Origin: Klebsormidium nitens
Taxonomy: Eukaryota; Plantae; Klebsormidiophyceae
Assembly (NCBI GenBank): GCA_000708835.1
Contig: DF237499.1
Location: 1-58,702 of the forward strand
Length of the DNA stretch: 58,702 bases
Direction of reading: 5' to 3'
Each line of letters starts with the position of its first letter. Position 1 is the first letter of the stretch. A model generated the notes under the pieces. It was not told where the DNA came from. It ran no database searches and worked only from the letters and a program-made list of their open reading frames with translations. Of the stretch, positions 11,701 to 23,241 are shown piece after piece. The translations under genes were made by a program, and so were the position numbers.

Positions 11701-14700
11701 TCGAGTGTGAGACTGAAGTTGTCTTTGCCTTCTCCCAATCTTATCACGTGAGGTCAGAAGGCTCTTTTTCACTTGTACTTTGCCTCCTGGTTCACAAACG
11801 CGAAAGGAAATCCTAAAAGGTGTGCTTAATGAAACCCTTTCTTCTGTTATTTAGGTGCTGAACAAGGCGCGTGACGAGGCTGGTCGCGCAGCGCAGAGCA
11901 GCCTGGACGAGGGCAACAACGTTAAGGCCATGGTCACAGCTGGTTCGAAGGGCTCCTTCATCAACATCTCCCAGATGATTGCGTGCGTCGGGCAGCAGAA
12001 CGTCGAGGGGAAGCGGATTCCGTTTGGGTTCGTGGACCGGACTCTGCCGCACTTCACGAAAGACGATTACGGGCCTGAGAGTCGCGGCTTCGTCGAGAAC
12101 TCGTACCTGCGGGGGCTGACGCCGCAGGAGTTCTTCTTCCACGCCATGGGAGGGCGCGAGGGGCTGATTGATACTGCGGTGAAGACGTCCGAGACGGGGT
12201 ACATCCAGAGGAGGCTCGTGAAGGCGATGGAGGACGTCATGGTCAAGTACGATGGGACCATCAGGAACTCGCTGGGTGAGGAAGTCTGTTCAATCATGTC
12301 TCGGTTTTGTGGGCAGAGAGGACGATGAGTCTTCGAAGCGTCTGTTTAGAGCCCAAGGAGTGAGTCCACTCGAAAGGGTTGGTCGTCATTCCTCTTTGCT
12401 CTCTTTGTAGTTTAACATCGTGTTCTGGGCTTCTTTCTGAAGCTTATTGTCTCAATCAACTTGCTGAGTTCGATTTCAGACAGCGTTTTCCACCTCCAAT
12501 GCGAGCTTGAGCTCGCAATGACATCTCCGTTGCAAGCATGTCCGCCTGCAACGTTGCTGACGAGATACTTTTGCTCATCCCCCCCAGGTGACGTCATCCA
12601 GTTCTTGTACGGCGAGGACGGCATGGACGCTGTGTATGTGGAGAGCCAGACGTTCGACTCGCTGCGGCTGACCAAGAAGCAGTTCGACCAAAAATATAAG
12701 TTCGACCTGCAGCACGACGCGCACAAGCTGGACCCGCAGACTGTGGAGGACATCCGCGACCAGGAAGACGTGCAGGTGGGCCAGCAGAAGTGCTTGAGTT
12801 GCTTGTCAATCCTATGCTCTTCCGATCTGTAAGGATTAAACTTTTGATGGAGACGTTCTCTAGACGCATGAAACAGCTGGATCGTGTCAGATCACCATAA
12901 GCTTGCCGGGTTCAAATTGTGGCACAGACTTCTGCTGCTGGTTCATTTAAGAGTTTAAAATTCCAGATTTAAAAATACAAAAATTTGGGATTGGGAGCCT
13001 GTCGTCACTGACCTCGGAGCCTGCCAGTCAGTTTTGAGCTTGCAAATCAGCTGTGATTTGAGAAGACCCAAGCTAAGCTTTGTGATTTGTTTTCTGACCT
13101 CCCTTTTTTTTTGATGAGGAAAAAGCGCAGAGTTGTTCCTTCAAGGAAGCACTCCAGCGAATCCGATCCTGGCACTTAGCCTGCATCTTCTTGTGAAGCA
13201 TTGTCGACTTCAAAGCACCCTCAATTTTTCGTAACTCCCAGCGTCTTGAGCTGGGCTCATCCCGTGTGTGATATTTGCAGCGCGTGCTAGAGGAGGAGCT
13301 TCGGCAGCTGGAGGAGGACCGGCGGCTGCTGGGCACGGAGATCATCCCGAGCGGGGACAAGACGTGGCCGCTGCCGTGCAACCTGAAGCGCATGATCTGG
13401 AACGCGCAGAAGCTGTTCGTGCAGTCCAAGAACGAGCCCAGCAAGCTCGAGGTGCTCGCCATCAAGGCCGGCGTCGACCGACTCCTGCGCCAGCTCATGG
13501 TGAGGATATTGGAAATAAGTTCGGCGTCGCTTCGTTTCTGCTTGTTCGATCCGCTCGTTGCGGGGGCGTGTCTGTTGGACGACAAAGTGTTCGGAGAGCA
13601 GCTTTTGGCAGGCGGGGCTCGAGGGGCTCGGCAGTCTGCATCTGCGTCAACTAGTGGTCGGTATTGACTGCTTGAAGTTGCTACTTCCGTCGATCTTGCC
13701 GTCGTGATCGAAGTGTCTCTTCATGCAAACATTACGACCTGGGCGTTAGTAGCGTTTTTTTGTAACGAACAGGAGGAGCGTAATGGACAAAAGATCCAAT
13801 TGTCCGGGACAAGCATAAGTGAAGAGGATTTGAGTGGAGAATCTAAGCTCTTCTCCCCTGCGGCTGAGACACCATTCCCTTTTCCAGGTGGTGGAGGGCG
13901 ACGACGGCCTGAGCGTGGAGGCGCAGCGCAACTCGACGCTGCTGTTCGGCATCCTGCTGCGCAGCACGCTGTCCACCAAGCGCGTGCTCACCGAGTTCAA
14001 GCTCAGCGAGTCCGCCTTCCAGTGGCTGCTCGGGGAGATCAGCTCGCGCTTCGCGCAGTCGCTCGTGGCCCCAGGGGAGATGATTGGCTGCGTCGCGGCA
14101 CAGTCCATCGGAGAGCCCGCCACCCAGGTTCGTATACGCTTTACCTTGATCGTTTTGTGGTTCATTTGCATCGACTGAATCCCACTGCTTGCTTGCGGCT
14201 TGTGGAGGTAATCTGTTTGGTCGCTTATAACGGTTATGCCGGCTCTTGTTGGATGAGTTTAGAGGAGAGATGTGTATTTTTCAGTCCGCATGCGCCCATG
14301 GAGATACCCTCAGGACCACATGCTCATCTGAACGCAGCAGATGTCGATTGTTGCAAGGCAGAACATGGCCCGTTCCCCTTTGGTTGTAGCATCTGGTTTT
14401 CGTTTCTCGACTTCGCAATTGGAAACTGAAGATGACCTCAAGGAGGTTTGAAACACCCGTCCGCCTCAATAGCTCCCAAGCCTAATGGCACCTCTGCCTT
14501 TTCGCCCAGATGACGCTCAACACGTTCCATTACGCCGGCGTGTCCGCCAAGAACGTGACGCTCGGCGTCCCGCGGCTGCGCGAAATCATCAACATCGCGA
14601 AGCAGACCAAGACGCCGTCGCTGTCGGTGTACCTGACCCCCGACTTCAACAAGGACCGCGAGCGCGCTAAAGAAGTGCAGGTCGCGCTCGAGTACACCAC

Positions 14701-17700
14701 GCTGCGCAGCGTCACGCAGGCCACCGAGATCCACTACGACCCCGACCCCAACACCACCGTCATCGAGGAGGACCTCGAGTTTGTCACGTGAGTGCTGCGG
14801 CGCTTGGTGCGCAGTAGATCTGTGCAGGTTTCTGTACTGCCTGGTGGCTCCCTTGAATTGGACATTCTGGGGCCCTTTGAAATCTTCGATCCTTCGAAGG
14901 TTCTGCTCTGCTTGTGAGAATCTGCTGCTGATCCGACATGGTCTATTCGCACCCCCGTTACGGGGTATTGCAACCACATTTCTCCAGGTTTGCTCCCATC
15001 GATATTACTAGAGTCAGCAATTGCCTCCAACGACGTTCGCAGTTCCAGAGGACGCTTGAGCCATAGTTGGCGCTAATTCTAGTTAAAGGAAAAAGTTTCA
15101 AGAGCTTGCGGCACCACAATCTCAACGTCCGCCACTCCCCGTTCCCGCAGGTCGTACTTCGAGATGCCTGACGAGGCGGACGAGGGGTTCCGGCAGCAGT
15201 CGCCGTGGCTGCTGCGCATCGAGCTGAACCGCGAGATGATGGTGGACAAGAAGCTGAGCATGGCCGACGTGGGCCACCGCATCACGCAGGAGTTCGGGGA
15301 CGACGTCGCCGTCATCTTCTCCGACGACAACGCGGACAAGCTCATCCTGCGGATCAGGCTCATGCAGGTGAGGCTCGGGGTGACAATTTGGTTTCAGCTG
15401 GTTGATTCTTGACTGATTCGTTTTTAGGGGGAGGTAGTCGACGTCAGAAACCAATCAAATGATCCGAATGTTCCTTGAACCGGAATTTGTAGTTGATTAA
15501 TCAAGATGTTTTGGTTGGTTGATTCTAGGCGCAGACAAGTCCGAGAAGGTTATTTTCGGGAATGTTCGGTGCCCTTTGCAAATATGAAAGGTTTTGTTGA
15601 CAGAACGGCACAGCTGTTTTCCGTCAAGCACACATAACACCCTTTATCCTTCTCGTCCACTGGTAATGCTTCTTCAACACGATTCTTTTGACAGAAGGAG
15701 GGGTCTGTATTACGCATACCAAAGACTTTGAACCCTAAACACCCAGGCCGTGCCTGGCAGGTTTCGTAGGTTAAGGACGGCATGGAGATTGTGCTTCGAG
15801 ACATCCACCGAAACCTCCAGTTTGACTCAGCAGACCCTTGAACCATTTATTACGAAACGTGCAGGACCCTGAGGGCAAGGACGTGGAGGAGGACGGCATG
15901 GACGACGACGCATTCCTGCGCAAGGTGGAGAGCGAGATGCTGACGGACATGAAGCTGCGCGGGATCAACGGCATCAAGAAGGTGTTCATCCGCGAGGTCA
16001 AGAAGAACGTCTTCGACGACACCGAGGGCTTCAAGCCGCAGACGGAGTGGATGCTCGACACGGAGGGGGTCAACCTGATGGAGGTCATGTGCCACCCGGG
16101 GGTGGACCACACGCGCACCTCCAGCAACCACCTCATCGAGGTGAGGCCTCACGGCGTGTGTCTAGGGTTCTGAGGTCTGGAGTCGTGCTTTGGAGACGGT
16201 CTTTGTGTGCGTGTGTTGCTTTAAGCTGTTGGGGTAAATCATCTTTAGATTCCCACCCTCACGGGCGCTGTCTGTGGTCTGTTTTGTGGTCTTCGGTCGG
16301 ATCTCAAGATCTTGAAAGCGTACTTCTGCTCTTTTCGTTGTCAACAGCCGATGTATAGTCGCACTTTTTCGGGTTCATACAAAGCTAAATTCAACCAACG
16401 ACATCTTATTGAGGTTTATCTTAACCTTGTGCTGATTGTACTGAGTAGCCCCTCCGATTGCACGCTGGCGAGGATCTGACCTGAACCTCCGCGCCGGCTC
16501 CCTTTTCCAGATCATCGAGGTGCTGGGCATCGAGGCGGTGCGTGCGGCGCTGCTCAAGGAGCTCCGTGACGTCATCAGCTTCGACGGGAGCTACGTCAAC
16601 TACCGCCACCTGGCCATCCTTTGTGACGTCATGACGTACCGCGGGCACCTGATGTCCATCACGCGCCACGGCATCAACCGGAACGAGACGGGGCCGCTCA
16701 TGCGGTGCTCCTTCGAGGAGACGGTCGACATTTTGTTCGATGCCGCAGTGTTTGCGGAGACGGACCACTTGAGGGGAGTGTCGGAAAACATCATGCTGGG
16801 GCAACTGGCGCCGCTTGGAACAGGTGGGTTATCGATTGTAGATTGGTCTATTCACGAGCTTTATCAGACACAGCAGCGTAGATGCTTATGATGACGACTC
16901 AAGTACTCGCATTCCCGGTCTGATTATGCACCAGACGGTGCAGTGTTGAGTCGAGACCGATGGCGAAAGTTTCAATAAAACAGGTTCCTAATGTCCAGTG
17001 GTCCGTCGGAGGCCTTGCCTTATTTTGGGCGCAATCCCAGAAGTTCTCGTGTCTTTGTGTTGTCCCTTGCATACCTTAGGGCATACGTTCCTCCTGCAGG
17101 GACAGACTTCTCGAGGTAATTTTGCGCTTGCTGACTTCGGTTGGTTCTTACAGGAAGCCGATTCATCTCTGCGCTGTATGCACCTCGTCCTACCTCATTG
17201 CTCCGTTCGTGCTCACTCGCGTCTTCTTCGCCGCAGGTGACTTCGGGCTGCACCTGAACGAAGAGATGCTCAAGAACGCGGTGGAGATCAACATGACCGA
17301 CACCTACGAGTTCGGCGCCCCGGGCAGCATGACCCCGGGGATGACCCCCGCCCGCTCCCCGGGCAACTTTTACGACCCCACCATGTCTCCGTCCATGCTT
17401 CTGAGCCCTGCCGGGGACGCTTCCCCGGGCCCAACCAACCCCATGTTCTCCCCGTACTTGGCCGGCGTCGCCTTTAGCCCGCAGCCCGGTTATAGCCCCG
17501 CCTCGCCCGGATATAGCCCCTCATCTCCGGGATATAGCCCCGCTTCTCCTGGATATAGTCCGTCGTCGCCCTCTTACAGCCCCACGTCCCCATCTTATTC
17601 CCCAACGTCGCCGGCTTACTCTCCGACGTCGCCGAGCTATTCGCCGACCTCGCCGGCTTATAGCCCCACGTCGCCAAAGTATAGCCCCTCCTCCCCTGCG

Positions 17701-19116
17701 TATAGCCCAACGTCGCCCAGCTATAGTCCCACTTCGCCGAGCTATAGTCCGGCGTCGCCAGCTTATAGCCCCACGTCCCCCAGCTACAGCCCCACGTCTC
17801 CCTCATATAGCCCGACTTCTCCGAGCTACAGCCCAACTTCGCCGAGCTACAGTCCGACGTCGCCCAGCTATAGCCCCACATCGCCGGCGTATAGCCCAAC
17901 CTCGCCCGCCTACAGCCCAACGTCGCCAGCTTATAGCCCAACGTCACCCTCGTATTCCCCCACGAGCCCTGCTTATAGTCCTACGTCGCCAGCCTACAGG
18001 TGAGATTACAAGCTTATTTTGCAGATTTCATCTCTCTTGCTTCTGACACTGTAGTGTAACCAGTCGATAACTTACAGAATGCCGTCCTTTGCTCCTGTAA
18101 AAGAGCGTCAGAAGGATGTTCTATTGCCTTATCAATACTGCATCACCACGTGTATCTCTTCGAGACCTTTCGTAAGTCTCTCGAACATCTCCCGTTTTGG
18201 CGGTCGGAACTTCTTGTCTCCGACCCAAGCAGGCAGAGCCTTGCTAAGCATCCCGATTGGGCATGTTTCTCCATTATGGCTGAGCAGTCCGTGACTGTTA
18301 TTTTGACCCGTCTTCTTAAACTCGTTGCAGCCCTGCCTCGCCTGCGTACTCTCCAACGTCCCCTGGTTACTCCCCAACAAGTCCAAGCTACTCGCCTGCT
18401 AAGTAAGGCTTCGCACGCTTCCTTCTCTTCGTCCTCCCTTCTTCATCTTGATCACATCTGATGGTTAGTCTCGACGTCGTCGTTAACCTTGATTCAAGCC
18501 AAAGCATTGCTATATTTCTGAACCCGCAGGTTGCTACCTGCGCTTTTGGGTTTAGAGGATTCACAACGCTTGCGTTTGATTACCAAGAGGCTTTGCCAGA
18601 TTGTCGTCCAAGGTCTTTCGCACGGGGTAACGCCATGGGAACAAGTCAAGTAACGCTCATTCTTTCCCTGCAGCAACGATTACTCACCGACCAGTCCGGA
18701 GTACAACCCCGGTTCGCCGGACATGTGAGCGGACTAGACCCGCACGCTTCTCTTATCTGAAGAGGACGACTTGTTGTTGGGCAGCAGACACTTCCGAGGC
18801 TAAAGCTTTTAGTGCGTCGGTTTGGGGGTTTCTCCTCGAGGATACCGCCTCTTGCCCTTTCCAGCGACTTGCTATCAGAAGCTTGCTCTTTCCCTGCCCC
18901 CTTCAAGACAGGGTGGTTTGAGCTGTACGACGAGTGATCAAATACGATGGTTGTTTACTTGTGTTATGAGCGCAGTTTGACGCCGTATATCCGTCCATTG
19001 TTTGCAGCAAGTACTCCCCGACGGGCCCTGTACCATATTCGCCCACGCAGGCGGGTTCATACTCGCCGACCCATCCGGATGGAAAGGGACCGTCCGATGG
19101 TGCCAAGAAGGAGTAG
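5764..19116 (+). CDS. RPB1: DNA-directed RNA polymerase II largest subunit, about 1787 aa, 22 exons
   Basis: Exons 5764-5847, 6383-6646, 7084-7389, 7727-7885, 8291-8452, 8805-9025, 9300-9441, 9780-10115, 10573-10856, 11245-11503, 11855-12275, 12588-12775, 13281-13499, 13888-14127, 14510-14787, 15151-15367, 15865-16140, 16511-16823, 17237-17999, 18331-18402, 18674-18724 and 19008-19116 sum to 5364 nt in frame. Hallmarks: zinc-site CESC...[22 protein letters not shown], catalytic NADFDGD (9921-9941), bridge helix [15 protein letters not shown], trigger loop [12 protein letters not shown], and a YSPTSPS CTD. Confidence 0.98.
10136..10213. repeat. 39-bp tandem duplication in RPB1 intron 8
   Basis: TTGGGCGAGT(T/G)TCATCTGGCTTGATAGGAGTTCTGTAGG occurs twice with one mismatch. 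Confidence 0.9.
17491..17994 (+). repeat. RPB1 CTD heptad array, 24 contiguous heptads in exon 19
   Basis: A 21-nt periodic sequence encoding YSP(T/A/S)SP(S/A/G/K) x24. The array continues into three downstream exons. Confidence 0.97.
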
Positions 19117-21477
19117 GGGGTTCTCGAGCAGGCAGCTGTCTGACTCAGCTTTTTTTTTTCCCCAATTTGAGTTGAAGGGGGCGCTACGCGGACAGGAGGG
19201 GAAAGTACAAGGTAGACCTAGGCGATCAATGGGCTTGAAAGGGACGTGATCGGTTCTTTGGAAGAGTGTTCGCAGGATGGAGAGGGGGTTTGTCAGCATT
19301 GAGATCAGGTCTTAGTCAGGACGGGAAATAGGGCAGCGAAGGCAGCTTGGGGCGGAGGTGTAACAGTACAAAATGGACTTTCAAGATTGTGACGCGGTGA
19401 CAAAACCTCATCTGAATGCGCCCCAAATCCTAGCACAATGAAAGCCAAGCAGGCCGTCGATGAAAACCTGATTATGGGCCATATGGACGGGGCAGGGACA
19501 GGCTTGTTGACCCTGAAGTATTTACCTTTCGAGCGCCATTGGATGTGTAACACAAAGTCATTTCTAGAAGATTATTCGTGTTTGGCCATGTTGCCTGAGC
19601 AACTCATTATCAACTCGAGTGGCCTGAGTAGAGGACTATGGATGCAACAACATGCAATCTGCACTGAGGATCGAAGCGTGCAGCACCGTTGAGCACTTCA
19701 TTCCGGAAATCAACATGTATGGACAGATGTCAGATGCACTGTATGATCGCCATATCGTTCCCACTAGCGCATGCCCAGCCGGGGCCCCCTCCCATAGATT
19801 ACGAACGCTCGTACGTATAAACTTAGTTCGGCTTAACAATGATTGATGCCCTTTGGTCTTTGGTTTTCACGAATGCAGAATGCAATCTTTCTAGGACAGC
19901 CCATGTACGTCGGCCATCAATCCGCATCTAGGTTCCGAACAGGGCTTTGGTCCCATGATCGATGTGGTTTACACACGCCTCTGATCGCATGGCCGGTGCG
20001 CGCTCACATGAACCAATGGTGCCAGGTGCGGCCTGAATTGCCTGAACGTACCGGGGCCGCCGTTTGCTTCCGCTCCATGTCGGACTCGCAGCTCAATCCA
20101 AAACGTAGGTAACCAGAAGCTTGCTTGCCCTGTCTTCGTCATCGGGCGGCCTTCCTCCATGCTTCCTAGGTCGGAAATCTCCAGATCCAAAATAAGCTGG
20201 AGGTAGTGGACTAAGAGACTGAGAGAGATTATTAGGTACGGGCGCATCCTTTTTGATGCTCGAACTGGGTGGGAGTCTGGAGGCTGTTCTTTGAGGCACC
20301 GTTCACCAATTCAAGGCCCCTATTAATACACTCCTTAGTAGAAAAACCCCGTGCAGATCAAGCCTTTCCAACGGCGGAAGGGGGGTGACTAACAGATAGA
20401 CTTGGGGCAAGACATGGGGCTAGCCTTGCTCCTCCTTGTGTGGGAATCTCGAAATTCTCTTCTGCGGCCGCGCTCCGAATAAGGCCGAGCTTTCATCAGT
20501 CGCTCGAGTCCAACCCGCCTACCTCTTATATCTCTGCCTTGCAGTTTCTTTCTCTCTAGTTCTGGCCGGCACTACTCTTTACTTAGTTGCTGCTGCCGTG
20601 CCCGATTAGTGGGGCATGAATTGCTCTTTCAGTTGCCTCGTTCAAGTCCGCCGTGGCGCGGTAAACGGACGCCAAGAAGAGGTCTCCTGCACATTAGAGC
20701 GCGGGTGCTGGGCCGCCAGCTTGCAGAAATTTACCAGACACGTCGCCATGAAGGCCCTCCGTGTTTCTTCTGCTGCTTACGTATCAAGCAAGAGCGTTGA
20801 CCTGCGTTGCTAGCTAACGCCGAAAGCAGGTTGCCAGCAAGATGATCCATACCCTATGCCGCTGATCGGCTGAAGACTGTACATGAGTACGGTAGTAGTG
20901 CTTGTCATTGAATGTTTCGAGCGGGCGACGCCCCGGAGCCGCGCGCGTTCTGGTCACTAGTAAAAACTCGCCAAGACCTCCCCAAAATCCAAAGCGGGCC
21001 GGCCGCGCCGGCCGCCTGTCTGATTCCGTGAATATCGAGAGACTCATTCATTTGCCGACTCAACCAACAGCACGCCTCAAGCTGACGAGCCGGGTATGAT
21101 TCAGCAGTGTCGCAGCGCACAGTTGGATGCCTCCTACTACGTGTCCCTCTGAATGCCCCTTTCCTGGAGGCCCCCTAAGGGCGTCTTTTAATTTCTCTCC
21201 GATTCTGCATACTATCCTGGCAACTGTGCAATGATCCTGTGAGATCTTTCACAGTCTCTTTCTGTATTTCTTTTGAGATACATCAATAGTTGCTTTTTTA
21301 CCCCTCTTCTAGGCATCTCAGCTTGCAAGCTCCATCTCAATCTCCAAAAGTCTTCACGTCTCAAAAAGATCTCGAGACCAGCTTGTGCGTCAAGCTTCCG
21401 TAAACCCCAGATTAGAGGCAGAGAAAACAAAACCGTAGCTACGAAGTGTATCCTTCCGAGCGAGTGTCTGAGCGGCC

Positions 21478-22320
21478 ATGGAGAGTCTTCCGGGCGACGT
21501 CTTCTTCGTCGTTCTTCACAAGCTGGCGGTGCAGGATCCCCGGTCCCTGCTACGCGTCACGTGCGCCTGCAAAACGTTCCACCGGGAGGCCGAGCACAAC
21601 CGGGCCATCTGGAAGGACGCCTTTTTTGGCAGAGACTCGAGGTGTGGGGAGCACTGCAAAGACGAGAGCGTCGAAGCGGAAGTCCTAGCTTTGGGTGGGT
21701 ACAAGCAGCTAGTGAAAGCTCGGTGGGCTGTGCCGCGGTGGATCTTCTATGTACAAAAGCAGGAAGCTAGTATCGTATTCGGGCATGACGGCTCGGCCGT
21801 GCGAGACAGCTCAGCCGGGGAGTATCTGCTGAACAAACACCTTCTTGTTCTGAGGGAGAAAGGGCGACTCCTCCTGTGGGGCTTGTTGCTTTAGGAAAGC
21901 CCGTTCTCTGTGAAAGAAGTGGGCGACTTCGGCTTCAAGAACGCGTTTCGTGGCAAGGCTCCCGGAAGAGTCGCCTTCACTTTCTATAGTTCTCGGCTCG
22001 AGCCGTTCTTTTCTGAGCAACATAAAAGCATCGGTCATCTGAAGATGAAGCTTGCGGGAAGCGGACGCGTGATACAGCGGATGGATCTTGATTTGGAAAT
22101 CTATAACTTTACGGAAGACGAATTGAAGGTTGGAGGACACGTGTCGTCAAGAGAGACAGGTCGGCTTTGGGTCTGCGATCTTGACTACGATGGCAGAGAC
22201 AACATCTGGGCATCTATATTTGACGGGAACTTCTATAATGTTAGACTCGGGGGCCTCGACCAGGACAAGGAGCTGACCAACAGTGCGCTGTTGGACCTCC
22301 GCTTTGACGAACCACTTTGA
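21478..22320 (+). pseudogene. Intronless F-box protein gene interrupted by one in-frame TAG (21892-21894)
   Basis: The N-terminus is F-box-like (MESLPGDVFFVVLHKLAVQDPRSLLRVTCACKTFH...IWKDAF). ORFs 21478-21894 and 21910-22320 are in the same frame, separated only by CTT-TAG-GAA. No frame-preserving intron of normal length was found. Confidence 0.65.
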
Positions 22321-23241
22321 TAACTTATTAGTTGTATACTGAGACGGTGTTTGAAGAACTTTAGTAAGGAGCATCAGCATTCAGGCTCGCTACCAAAAGC
22401 TACGTTGCGCCCTTTGATTAAATGCAATGATTTGACGCGTTTGCATTGCAGTAAAACGCAGAACATTCTAGTGCATGTCAAACTCGCCGCCAGTCCGTTC
22501 ATTACAGGTGTCCCAGTCATGCAGACTTACATGTGGTCCGTTCAGGCGTCGGCTCTCTGAATTCACAGGGGTATCCTAACGGACACGCCCGAAGACAAGA
22601 CAGAATTCTGCCACATGCGTGCTAGCTGTGCGAATGCAGGGCAACTCGAGCAAATTTACCTAACCGCATATAGGCTGGCCTGACTTATTCGCGCCGGCCA
22701 GGCACGTTCCGAACTTCGATTTGAAGCTCGGTACAGGGATACACCTAAAGAACATGATATGGCAGGGCGCGTCACGCGGCACTGAGCTTGGCAACTGGAA
22801 GCTGGCCCGCTGGCAAGCCTGCCAGCTCAAACTAGATGTATAAGTATGGAGCTAATTCTACTCAACGGAGGGCCGCCCGGTGTTCACATGATCGGGCCAT
22901 GCGCCGAGGCATTGACATACACACGCGGAAGGCTGCACATATGTGCAATCAGCCAGACGACAGTCGAATCAATCAGCATGTGCCACATGCACATATAGGT
23001 GCGATGCCTTTTGCAGTGTCAAGATTTGTCAATGTCTTGGCCGTCCGGGCGATATCATGTCATGTTAGTGGGTTGTGACATCCGAGACGTGGCTGTCACT
23101 AGCACTCCTATCGACTTGCACGTTGGCCTGCCAACGCTTGTTGTTTCCAAAAGCATTCCTTATTGTTGATGTTATTGTTGAAACGGAACTTCAAGAAAAG
23201 AACGACAATGGTTAATTCAAGCCTCCTTGCACGCTTACACT

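Noticed and set aside
17474-17947. 157-aa minus-strand ORF with periodic sequence
   Set aside because: It is the antisense shadow of the CTD heptads.
18520-18615. Possible extra CTD exon after the CAG at 18529
   Set aside because: No heptad-like coding in any frame, and the flanking exons already join in phase.
20093-20800. Possible small minus-strand gene (ORF 20093-20299 and intron-like GTAAAT...CTAATGTGCAG near 20690-20735)
   Set aside because: I could not build a consistent start-to-stop model and saw no homology motif. RNA-seq would be needed.
20955-20967. CACTAGTAAAAAC resembling a CACTA terminal inverted repeat
   Set aside because: No matching inverted end, subterminal repeats or transposase in the window.
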